Under the pieces are notes generated by a model that was given only the letters and a program-made list of their open reading frames with translations, had not been told where the DNA came from and did not search any database. The position numbers were made by a program, and so were the translations under genes. Positions 9,049-16,892 of a DNA stretch of 64,000 nt are shown one piece after another. Source of the DNA: an uncultured Gemmatimonadales bacterium (lineage in GTDB: Bacteria; Gemmatimonadota; Gemmatimonadetes; Gemmatimonadales; GWC2-71-9). Where the stretch lies: contig CAVSLV010000001.1 of the NCBI GenBank assembly GCA_963728915.1, positions 288,001-352,000 of the forward strand, given 5' to 3'. The first letter of the stretch is position 1. Each line of letters begins with the position of its first letter.

Positions 9049-9837
9049 ATGTCCCCGGTCGGCGACATCGCGGCCATGCAGCGCACACTGGAGCGGGACC
9101 CGGGCAGCCTGGTGTTCCTGTCGCTGGGAGAAACCCATCGCCGGCAGGGCGAGCTCGACGCCGCCCTCACCGTCGCCCAGCGGGGCGTGAGCTGGTATCC
9201 CGAGATGGCGGGGGCCTGGGACCTGCTCGCCCGGATCCGAAGCGACCGGGGCGAGGGCGACCTGGCCTTCGAGGCCTGGACCACGGTGCTGCGGCTCGAT
9301 CCCGAGCACGCCGGCGCCCACAAGGGCATGGCCTTCCTCGCCTTTCGCGCCGGCGAGCTGGACCGGAGCCTCCGCTATCTCCGCCGGGCGATCGAGCTTG
9401 CTCCGGAGGACCAGAGCCTCCAGCAGGTCTTCGAGCGGGTCGGCCGGGACGCCCAGGCCAGAACAGTCGAGAGCTTCGAGCGAGTGTCCCCGCTGGCCGC
9501 GCCAACCTGGACCGGCCATGCGCTGCTCACCGGGGTGAAGGGCGAGCTGCTCGAGGGCTCCCTCCGCGGGGCCGAAGGACTCCTCCCCATGGATGCGGTC
9601 ACCCCGGCGCTCGGAGGGCTCTCCCGCGACGCCGAACGCACCACCCGACTCCTGGGACTGGGACCGTGGCAACGGATTTCCCTGGGAGGCGAGGCCCACT
9701 CGCTGGAAATCCGGAGCCCGACCATCGATTCGCTGCTGGTGATGACCCGTCCGTCCGGGATCGCTCCTCCCGATCTCGAAACCGAAGCGAACCGCCTTGC
9801 CGTCGCCATGCGGCACTGGCTCGAGGCGCTGCGGTGA
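9049..9837 (+). CDS. TPR protein with a C-terminal roadblock/LC7-like domain
   Basis: N-terminal TPRs (FLSLGETHRRQGELDAA...LRLDPEHAGAHKGMA...AIELAPED). The C-terminal ~110 aa has a roadblock-like pattern (ALLTGVKGELL...RLLGLGPWQRISL). Confidence 0.7.
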   Translation: MSPVGDIAAMQRTLERDPGSLVFLSLGETHRRQGELDAALTVAQRGVSWYPEMAGAWDLLARIRSDRGEGDLAFEAWTTVLRLDPEHAGAHKGMAFLAFRAGELDRSLRYLRRAIELAPEDQSLQQVFERVGRDAQARTVESFERVSPLAAPTWTGHALLTGVKGELLEGSLRGAEGLLPMDAVTPALGGLSRDAERTTRLLGLGPWQRISLGGEAHSLEIRSPTIDSLLVMTRPSGIAPPDLETEANRLAVAMRHWLEALR

Positions 9838-10178
9838 ACCTCCAGGAAATGCTGGAGCCGCTCCGGAATGCCCGCGGGTTACGCGGAGTGCTGCTCGCTT
9901 CCCGGGAAGACGGGCTGGTGGTGAGCAGCGCCCTCCACCCCGGGGTGAATGGCGCCGCCGTCGCCGCGCTTTCCGCCAGCCTGGCCCGCCGCATCGTGAC
10001 CCTGACCCGGGCGCTGGGTCAGCCCGACCCGCCCTGTTTCGAGCTGACCGGAACCGAGGGGAGCCTGGTGGCCGCCCCCACGCCCGGCAATCTCCTGCTC
10101 GTGGCGGTGACTTCCCGCGAGGCCGATCGCGAATCGCTGCAACGCGAGCTCATCGATCTGGCCGGCGAGGTGGGCTGA
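9834..10178 (+). CDS. Roadblock/LC7 domain protein (MglB/MglC-like)
   Basis: GTG 9834 overlaps the previous stop. GLRGVLLASREDGLVV...AVAALSASL...GSLV...LLLVAV is a roadblock signature. Confidence 0.85.
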   Translation: MNLQEMLEPLRNARGLRGVLLASREDGLVVSSALHPGVNGAAVAALSASLARRIVTLTRALGQPDPPCFELTGTEGSLVAAPTPGNLLLVAVTSREADRESLQRELIDLAGEVG

Positions 10179-10645
10179 TGCGTTCGGTCGAGCCCTGGGT
10201 CGAGGCGCCGCTCGCGAGCTTCCTGCGGGAGTCGGAGGCGAGGCTCGTGGTGCTGCTGACCCGCTCGGGCCAGGTTGTCGCGCAGCACGGGTTCGAGCGC
10301 TCCGGCGAGCTCATGGCGGCGGCTTCTCTGGCGGCCGGGATCATGGCCGCGGCCGGCGAGCTGTGCCGGCTTCTCGAGACGGCGACCTCCCGGGAGCTGG
10401 CGTACGAAGGGGGCGAGCTGGGCATCTACCTTGCTGCGATCGAGCTTCCGGGGCGCACCTGGACGGCACTCGTGGCATACGGCAAGGAAACCTCGCTGGG
10501 TCTGGTCCAGCTCTTCTTCGCGGAGCTGGCGACCGAGCTGGTCCGTAACGCACCTCCTCCCCCGGCCGAGGGATTTCCCGCGGTGCTCGATCGCGACTTC
10601 GAGTCCGAGCTCGATCGGAATCTGCGGGCGCTGTTCGGGCGCTGA
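10178..10645 (+). CDS. mglB: MglB-like roadblock protein
   Basis: VLLTRSGQVV...ASLAAGIMAA...EG...TSLGLV and an acidic C-terminal helix (DFESELDRNLRALF) parallel Myxococcus MglB. Lies directly upstream of the mglA-like gene. Confidence 0.82.
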   Translation: MRSVEPWVEAPLASFLRESEARLVVLLTRSGQVVAQHGFERSGELMAAASLAAGIMAAAGELCRLLETATSRELAYEGGELGIYLAAIELPGRTWTALVAYGKETSLGLVQLFFAELATELVRNAPPPPAEGFPAVLDRDFESELDRNLRALFGR

Positions 10646-10649
10646 CCCC

Positions 10650-11186
10650 ATGGCGCACCTCAATCGGACCACGCGAGAGCTGACCTGCACCGCGGTGTAC
10701 TGCGGTCCCCCGGCGTCGGGAAAGTCGTCCACCCTGGCATACCTGGGCGGGCGAGCGCGTGAGGCCCAACGGTTCCGGCCCTCCTGGAGCGGGCCCGACG
10801 TCCTGGCCCTCGACCTGGGTACGGTCTCCGGCTTCGCGGTCCGCTTCCAGATTTACGCGATCGCAGGAGAAACCTCCACGGAGACCCGCCAGCTGATGCT
10901 CAACGGGGCGGACGGCGTCGTCTTCGTGGCGGACAGCCAGGCGATCCGATTCGACGAGAATCGCAGCGAACTCCGTTCCCTCGAAGGGCGGCTGGAACGG
11001 GAGCTGCCCCTGGTCATGCAGTACAACAAGCAGGATCTGCCCCGCGAGCTGCTCCTGCCGGTGGAACAGATGGCGGCCGCCCTGGCGCCCTCCCACCCGG
11101 GACTTCCCTCCGATGCGCTCCACGGCGCCGGGGTGTTCGAGACCTTCACCGTGCTGTCCAATCTCGTGCTCGCCCGGTTCGCATGA
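10650..11186 (+). CDS. mglA: MglA-like small Ras-superfamily GTPase with degenerate switch motifs
   Basis: N-terminus LNRTTRELTC, G1 GPPASGKS, GADGVVFVADSQ, G4 QYNKQDLP, GAGVFETF. Confidence 0.85.
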   Translation: MAHLNRTTRELTCTAVYCGPPASGKSSTLAYLGGRAREAQRFRPSWSGPDVLALDLGTVSGFAVRFQIYAIAGETSTETRQLMLNGADGVVFVADSQAIRFDENRSELRSLEGRLERELPLVMQYNKQDLPRELLLPVEQMAAALAPSHPGLPSDALHGAGVFETFTVLSNLVLARFA

Positions 11187-13111
11187 ACGACTTCGAAGCC
11201 CTCGCGCTCGACGAGACCAATCGCCCCGCCGCGACCGCTGGCCAGGCGGTGGCCGAGGCGCGCCGCCCGCCCTTCGCGCCGCTGGTGGTCACCGGGTCTC
11301 GCGAGGGAGCCGGCAGCGAGCTTCTCTCCGCCATCGTTTCGGCGGCCCGGCAGCTCCGTCCCGAGGAACGGATCACCCATCTCGCCATCGGTGCCCTGGC
11401 CGAACGCCAGCGCGAAGCCCTCCTGGCGGGCCGATCCGACGAGCTCCGTGAGGAGCTGATCGGCGCCGATCTCCTGGTGATCGATGGGCTCGAGTCGCTG
11501 CCGTCGCATGCCGAGTCGCAGGGACTCCTGGCCGATCTGCTGGACGGACGGCGCAGTGGGGGGCGAGAGACGGTCATCGGCTCGGCGGTCAATCCGGCCG
11601 CGATCGCCGGACTCGACCCGAGGGTACTCCGCCGATTGCAGCAGGGAAAGGACGTGCTGGCGGTGTTCCCCGGGGAACCCGCCCGCCTGGCGTTGCTCCG
11701 GCGTCGGCAGAACGGGGACGGCACGACCCTTCCCGATCCGGTGCTCCGGGCTCTGGCCGATGCCAGGTTTCCCTCCCTGGGTGACTATTTCGGCGCCCTT
11801 TCCCGGCTGCTGGCCTTCCAGGAGGCGAGCCCGGTACCGCTCTCTCCCGAAGACGCGCTGCTGCTGGTCGGGGCCGGATCGGCAGAGCCGGAGCTGGAGG
11901 GAGCGGAACCTCGTCCGATCGCAGACGAGTTCTCGGCGTTTCTGAGCGATGTGACCGGTGAGCTGACCGGCCGCCTCGAAGGGTGGCGAGCCCGGGTGGG
12001 CGAGGCGATCACCCGGTGGAGCGGAAAAGGGCTCCGGACCCATGCGCTGGAAGCCCTGCTCGAGGAAGAGCCTCGCGGAGATCCCGACGCCGCGGTGCGC
12101 GCCTTCGCGGCCGCGGCCGATGCGATACTCCAGCTTGCGGACGAAGCCGCGAGGCTGGCCCCGGATCTGGCGGGAGCGGAGGTATTTCGCGATCCGAGTC
12201 AGCTCTCGGCGGCCAGGCTTCTGGTGGAGGAGGCTCGCGGCGCGCTGCCGCTCTCGGCGCCCTTGCCGCACTTCCGCTGGGAGGACTTCGTGGAGGGGCC
12301 TGCGCTCCGGCTCACCATCCGGGCCGGCCGCGAGGTGCTCCGGGAGCCGGGGACCCGCTACACGCCCCTGGTGGTGACCGGTGGATCGGGGAGCGGCAAG
12401 AGCCATTTTCTCCACGGCCTGGGAAACGCCTTCGTGGCGCGCGGGTTAGGGCCGGTCGTCTGCCTGTCCGGGCCGGCCCTTGCGGCGGAGATCCGATCCT
12501 TGCCCGATCCCGCGGCCATCGCCGATTGGCGCGGACGCTACGGCTGGGTCGCCGCGTTCCTCCTCGACGATCTCCACCTGCTCGCCGGGGAGCTCAAGGC
12601 CCAGCAGGAGCTCGCGGCGCTGCTTGCCGAGCTGGGGGAAGGGAAGCGCCAGGCGGTGCTCGCCAGCCTGCGGCCCCTGGAGCAGCTTCCCGATTTCGAG
12701 CCCCGTCTCATGGCCTTGCTCCAGAACGGGCTCACGGTGGAGCTGCCGCCGCCCGATCGGGAGGTGCGGCTCGCCGTGATTCGCCGGCTCCTGGCGGGCG
12801 ATCCCGCGGCGGAGGATGCCGCCCTGGTCGACTATCTCGCCTCGCGTCCGGCCGATTCGGTGCGGGCGGTGCAGGTGGTGGTCCAGCGGGTGCTCGACGC
12901 CGCGGTGGCCCAGCAGGCGATGGCTTCCCCGCAGCTCGCCCGGGAGACCCTGGAATTCGGTCTGGGAAGTCTTCGCCGCCCCCGCCCGGCCGGGGCGGGG
13001 AGAATCAGCGGAGGCATTCCCGCGCCGGGGATCGGGCTGCTCAAGAGCGCCGAGAAGATGGTGAAGGCGTGGCCCCGTCCCGCCGAGCGCCTGATCGAGG
13101 AGCTGCGTTAG
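11183..13111 (+). CDS. Protein with two tandem DnaA/Hda-like AAA+ domains and no DNA-binding domain IV
   Basis: C-terminal module: FRWEDFVEG...YTPLVVTGGSGSGKSH, FLLDDLH, GLTVELPPPDREVR, SVRAV. The N-terminal module is a degenerate copy (PLVVTG, DLLVIDG, RVLRRL). Confidence 0.85.
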   Translation: MNDFEALALDETNRPAATAGQAVAEARRPPFAPLVVTGSREGAGSELLSAIVSAARQLRPEERITHLAIGALAERQREALLAGRSDELREELIGADLLVIDGLESLPSHAESQGLLADLLDGRRSGGRETVIGSAVNPAAIAGLDPRVLRRLQQGKDVLAVFPGEPARLALLRRRQNGDGTTLPDPVLRALADARFPSLGDYFGALSRLLAFQEASPVPLSPEDALLLVGAGSAEPELEGAEPRPIADEFSAFLSDVTGELTGRLEGWRARVGEAITRWSGKGLRTHALEALLEEEPRGDPDAAVRAFAAAADAILQLADEAARLAPDLAGAEVFRDPSQLSAARLLVEEARGALPLSAPLPHFRWEDFVEGPALRLTIRAGREVLREPGTRYTPLVVTGGSGSGKSHFLHGLGNAFVARGLGPVVCLSGPALAAEIRSLPDPAAIADWRGRYGWVAAFLLDDLHLLAGELKAQQELAALLAELGEGKRQAVLASLRPLEQLPDFEPRLMALLQNGLTVELPPPDREVRLAVIRRLLAGDPAAEDAALVDYLASRPADSVRAVQVVVQRVLDAAVAQQAMASPQLARETLEFGLGSLRRPRPAGAGRISGGIPAPGIGLLKSAEKMVKAWPRPAERLIEELR

Positions 13112-13112
13112 C

Positions 13113-14729
13113 ATGGCGATCCGGGGCAGTCTCAAGGAAGCCAGCCTGGCTGACGTGATCCAGCTGCTCTTTCTGGGCCGGCGTTCCGGATGTCTCTCGG
13201 TGGCCGACCGGCAGCGCCACGGCTCGATCTACTTCGAGGATGGCTGGATCACCTACGCCACCATCGTGAACCGGAGAGATCGCCTGGGGGATATGCTGCT
13301 GGCCAGCGGGACCATCACCCGCCAGCAGCTCGATCAAGCGCTGGCGCTCCAGGCGACGGCCCCCTCCCGTCGGATCGGGGACCTGTTCCTCGACATGGGA
13401 CTCATCTCCCCAACCGAGCTGCGCCGCCACATCCGGACCCAGATCGAGGAAGCGGTCTATTTCCTGTTCGCCTGGACCTCGGGCACCTTCGTCTTCGAGC
13501 CGGATGTGCGGCCCGACATGAGCGAGGCGCTTCACCGCATCAACCCCGAATCGGTTCTGCTCGAAGCGGCCCGCCGGGTCGACGAATGGAGTCTGATCGA
13601 GGCCCGGATCCCGAGCTTCGATCTGATCTTCTCGGTGCTTCCCGAGCAGCTGGCCAGCCATCAATCCGCCTTTACCGAGGCGCAACGGCGTCTGCTCCCG
13701 CTGATCGACGGGAAGCGCGATGTGCGCGACCTGATCGACGCGTCGGGGCTCTCGGAATTCGAAGCGGCCCAGGCGCTGTTCGGCCTGGTCTCGGCGGGGC
13801 TGGCGCACAAGGCGGGCACGTCGGCGACCGGCGCCACGACCCGGGTGCTGGAGGGACGGATCGAAGAACACCGGAACCTGGGTGTGGCGTTCTATCGAAG
13901 TGGAATGTTCGAGGAAGCCCGCCGGGAATTTCGCCGGGTGGCCGAGCTCCGTCCTTCCGAGGGCTCCGCGCCGTTTCACCTCGGCCTGATCGCCGCGAGG
14001 CAGGGAAGCTGGGCTGATGCGGCCGACGCGTTTCGGCAGGCGATCGATCGGAGCGGGCCCCGGCCGGCGTTGCTGCTCGATCTGGCGCTGGCGCTCGAGC
14101 ACCTGGGGCAGCTCGATCAGGCCGAGGCGATTCTCGCCGAAGCCTCGTCCCGGGGAGGCGACGATCCCCGGATTCAGACCGGCTGGGGGGTGCTGGCGCT
14201 GGAGCGGGGCGAGCCCCTGGTGGCCCGCCAGCGGCTTCAGCGCGCGCGCGAGCTGTACGCCGAGGCTCCTCCTCCGGCGATCTGGTACTGGGCTGCGGCC
14301 CGCTCGACCGCCGAGGCGGAGGATCCGGAGACCGCCGCGGCGCTGGCCCGCGAAGGGGTGGATCGCTATCCGGCCGACGCCGTGCTGCGTAACACGCTGG
14401 CGGTGCTCCTGGAAGCGACCGGGCAGGTCGCCGAGGCGGAGGCCCAGCTCACCGAAGCGCTCTCCGACGATGCCGGGATTCCGCAGGTGTGCAAGAACCT
14501 GGGCGACCTCTGCTACCGGTCCGGTCGGTACGAGGAAGCGGCGGGACACTACGCGCGGGCCGTTGCGCTGGGCCCCGAGCTGGGCGATGACGTGTACTTC
14601 AAGCTGGGCAACCTGGCATTCCGGAACCGGGACCTTGCCCGTGCCCGGCAGTGCTGGGAACGCTCGCTGGAGCTCAATCCGACCCACCAGCTCGCCCGGG
14701 CCAATCTGGCCTCGCTCCCCCCGACGTGA
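13113..14729 (+). CDS. DUF4388 (PatA-N-like) + MshEN-like + TPR protein
   Basis: MAIRGSL...LADVIQLL...SGCL...IYFEDG...WTSGTFVF...LLEAARRVDEW; two RLG-type 24-residue motifs; many C-terminal TPRs. Confidence 0.85.
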   Translation: MAIRGSLKEASLADVIQLLFLGRRSGCLSVADRQRHGSIYFEDGWITYATIVNRRDRLGDMLLASGTITRQQLDQALALQATAPSRRIGDLFLDMGLISPTELRRHIRTQIEEAVYFLFAWTSGTFVFEPDVRPDMSEALHRINPESVLLEAARRVDEWSLIEARIPSFDLIFSVLPEQLASHQSAFTEAQRRLLPLIDGKRDVRDLIDASGLSEFEAAQALFGLVSAGLAHKAGTSATGATTRVLEGRIEEHRNLGVAFYRSGMFEEARREFRRVAELRPSEGSAPFHLGLIAARQGSWADAADAFRQAIDRSGPRPALLLDLALALEHLGQLDQAEAILAEASSRGGDDPRIQTGWGVLALERGEPLVARQRLQRARELYAEAPPPAIWYWAAARSTAEAEDPETAAALAREGVDRYPADAVLRNTLAVLLEATGQVAEAEAQLTEALSDDAGIPQVCKNLGDLCYRSGRYEEAAGHYARAVALGPELGDDVYFKLGNLAFRNRDLARARQCWERSLELNPTHQLARANLASLPPT

Positions 14730-14808
14730 TGAATACGTCATCTCCCGGGCGCGTGGCCGATCGCCTGACCCCGGTGGATCCGAGCCACCGCATCGATCGG
14801 AAGGTCGC

Positions 14809-15678
14809 ATGACCAAGCGACCTTCCCTCGACCCCACGCTGGCGGAGCTCCAGGCGGAGTTCAACCGCATCTCGGCGCTTCTGAGCCAGGGCGATGCCGG
14901 TTCCCGCGAAGAAGCCAAGCAGCGGATCGTCAAGCTGTTCCGCCGGGTCGATGCGGCCTTGGCGGATTTCTCCCGGCTCAAGGAGAACATCCGCGGGCTG
15001 GTGGACCGGTATCATCAGTCGGGGCCGCAGACCGCCAGCCGGGGCCCCGATCCCGCCCCCCTGGTCCGGGATGACCTGGGAGCGTCCACCTTCATTGAAA
15101 AAGGCTGGAGCCTCATCGCGCTGGGCGATTCCGGTGGCGCCATGCAGGCCCTGGAGCGGGCGCTCGAGCTTTCTCCCGGAAATTCCCAGGCGCTCACCCT
15201 GCTGGGGTGGGCCGAGATGCTGGCGGAGCGCCTCGACGATGCCCTGTCGACCTTCTCCCAGGTGCTCGCCCGGGAGCCCGACAACGCACTGGCGCGGGTC
15301 AATGTCGGTTATATCTGTCTCAAGAAGCGGATTTTCGGGGAGGCGATCGAGCACCTGTCCCGCGTGCTCCGGTTGCCTAACGATCCGCGGGCCACCCTGT
15401 ATGCCCACTACTATTTGGGGCTGGTGTACCTGGAGCGCGGCATGTATGCCGACGCAAAGGCGTTTCTGGAGAAAGCGATCGGTCTCGGTCCCAATCTGAT
15501 CGAGGCCTACTACGACATGGGTCGAGCTCAGTGGCTGCTCGGATTGAAGGAAGACGCGAAGGAAACCTGGCGGCGGGGAGTGGCCGCCAATCGGTTTGCG
15601 CCGTGGGCCGCCCGCTGCCAGGAACTCCTCGATCATACCGCCCAGGGAGGAGAAGTCCCGCGCTCGCTCTTCTCCTGA
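14809..15678 (+). CDS. TPR protein with an N-terminal helical/coiled-coil region
   Basis: ATG 14809; repeats such as ALERALELSPGNSQALTLLG, AHYYLGLVYLERG and EAYYDMG. Confidence 0.85.
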   Translation: MTKRPSLDPTLAELQAEFNRISALLSQGDAGSREEAKQRIVKLFRRVDAALADFSRLKENIRGLVDRYHQSGPQTASRGPDPAPLVRDDLGASTFIEKGWSLIALGDSGGAMQALERALELSPGNSQALTLLGWAEMLAERLDDALSTFSQVLAREPDNALARVNVGYICLKKRIFGEAIEHLSRVLRLPNDPRATLYAHYYLGLVYLERGMYADAKAFLEKAIGLGPNLIEAYYDMGRAQWLLGLKEDAKETWRRGVAANRFAPWAARCQELLDHTAQGGEVPRSLFS

Positions 15679-16556
15679 GCGTTGCCCTGTGGCAGCGGGC
15701 GGTCCCACCGGGGTTTCAATCGGTTCAGGTTGGTGAAGTCCTCGCCGTGGCCCGCCCGGCCGATCTTCCGCTCGCGACCGGACTGGCAGAATCCGCGGCG
15801 GGCCCGTCCGAATGGTACGGGCTCGGCCGGCGGGATCCCGGTCCCTTCCGGCTCATCGTGGTGCGCGGTCAGGACGACCGGGGTTTCACCCGCGGCAGCA
15901 CACCGTCCTGGGGCGCCGGCTTCACCTTTCCTGCGGCGCGGACCATCCTGATCCGGGCCGATGCCGGTGATCCCTATCGCATCCTCCGCCATGAGCTGGC
16001 CCATCTCGTCCTCGCCGACGCGCTCCACACTCGAGTCCCGCTCTGGTTCAACGAGGGATACGCTGCCCTGGCGGCCGGCGAGCTCAACCGGTTCGTCGCG
16101 CTTCGCCTCAACCTGTCGGTCGCCCGGGGACAGATCCCGGGATTCGATGAGCTGGATCGCGGGCTCCGGTCCAGCGAGCCGACCGCGGAAACGGCCTACG
16201 CGCTGGCCGCCTCCGCGGTTGCGATGCTGGCCCGTCGTCACCCCGATCATTCACTGACCCCACTGCTGGCTCGATTGGAAGCCGGAGAATCCTTTGACGG
16301 TGCGGTCCTGGCGACGACCGGGTCCCCGCTGGGTCGGTTTGAAGTCGAGTGGCAGAAGGACGTCCGGCGCCGCTACGGACTGGTCGGGTGGATGATGGCG
16401 GGAGGACTCTGGGCGCTCGCGGCCCTGGTGGTCCTGGCGACCGTCTGGCTGAGGCGGCGCCGAGACCGGCCCCGCCGTCTGGCGCTGGATCACGGCTGGG
16501 TGGTGGAGCCCGAGGAACCCGTCCCTCCGCTTGATGAACCCGGAGAAAAGCCATAG
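15603..16556 (+). CDS. Membrane-anchored zinc metallopeptidase (peptidase MA-like, gluzincin)
   Basis: HELAH followed by WFNEGYA; hydrophobic N-terminal stretch and a C-terminal TM helix followed by RRRR. Start uncertain (in-frame GTG 15603 chosen). Confidence 0.75.
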   Translation: MGRPLPGTPRSYRPGRRSPALALLLSVALWQRAVPPGFQSVQVGEVLAVARPADLPLATGLAESAAGPSEWYGLGRRDPGPFRLIVVRGQDDRGFTRGSTPSWGAGFTFPAARTILIRADAGDPYRILRHELAHLVLADALHTRVPLWFNEGYAALAAGELNRFVALRLNLSVARGQIPGFDELDRGLRSSEPTAETAYALAASAVAMLARRHPDHSLTPLLARLEAGESFDGAVLATTGSPLGRFEVEWQKDVRRRYGLVGWMMAGGLWALAALVVLATVWLRRRRDRPRRLALDHGWVVEPEEPVPPLDEPGEKP

Positions 16557-16559
16557 GTT
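16531..16559 (+). promoter_or_regulatory. Putative sigma70 promoter for the small membrane protein and tRNA-Val
   Basis: TTGATG, 17-bp spacer, TAGGTT in an otherwise GC-rich context. Confidence 0.5.
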
Positions 16560-16569
16560 TCAACCCCTT

Positions 16570-16761
16570 ATGGCATCGAGCGAATCCGGGGCGACCCCCC
16601 GGCGGGGTCCGCTTTCGCGACGGAACGTCCTGGTGCTGGGCGTCGCGATCGTTTGCCTGGTCGCCGGGTACATCGTGTTGAGCTCCGGGTCAGCCAGCTT
16701 CGGGGCTGTACTCCTGGTCCTCGGCTACTGCGTCCTTTTCCCGTTGGCAATTGCGCTTTGA
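16570..16761 (+). CDS. Small two-TM membrane protein, function unknown
   Basis: 63 aa; basic N-terminus, then two hydrophobic helices (NVLVLGVAIVCLVAGYIVL; VLLVLGYCVLFPLAI). Confidence 0.7.
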   Translation: MASSESGATPRRGPLSRRNVLVLGVAIVCLVAGYIVLSSGSASFGAVLLVLGYCVLFPLAIAL

Positions 16762-16770
16762 GGGAGTGTG

Positions 16771-16844
16771 GGGCGAATAGCTCAGCGGTTCAGAGCGCCT
16801 GCCTTACACGCAGGATGTCGGGGGTTCGAATCCCTCTTCGCCCA
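16771..16844 (+). tRNA. tRNA-Val(TAC)
   Basis: Acceptor stem GGGCGAA/TTCGCCC, D arm GCTC..GAGC, anticodon arm CCTGC-CTTACAC-GCAGG, T loop TTCGAAT. CCA not encoded. Confidence 0.97.
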
Positions 16845-16892
16845 TGGCCCAGTCTACCGCCGGCCTGGCGGGGTCCACCTGGAGGTTGAAGG

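Noticed and set aside
11183..13111. Chromosomal replication initiator dnaA or a nearby oriC
   Set aside because: No domain I or IV, no dnaN/recF/gyrB context, no intergenic gap and no DnaA-box cluster noticed.
14730..14808. Possible structured RNA in the 79-nt gap inside the signalling cluster
   Set aside because: Only weak GC pairing and no recognisable riboswitch or terminator; it may simply be a 5' extension of the downstream TPR frame.
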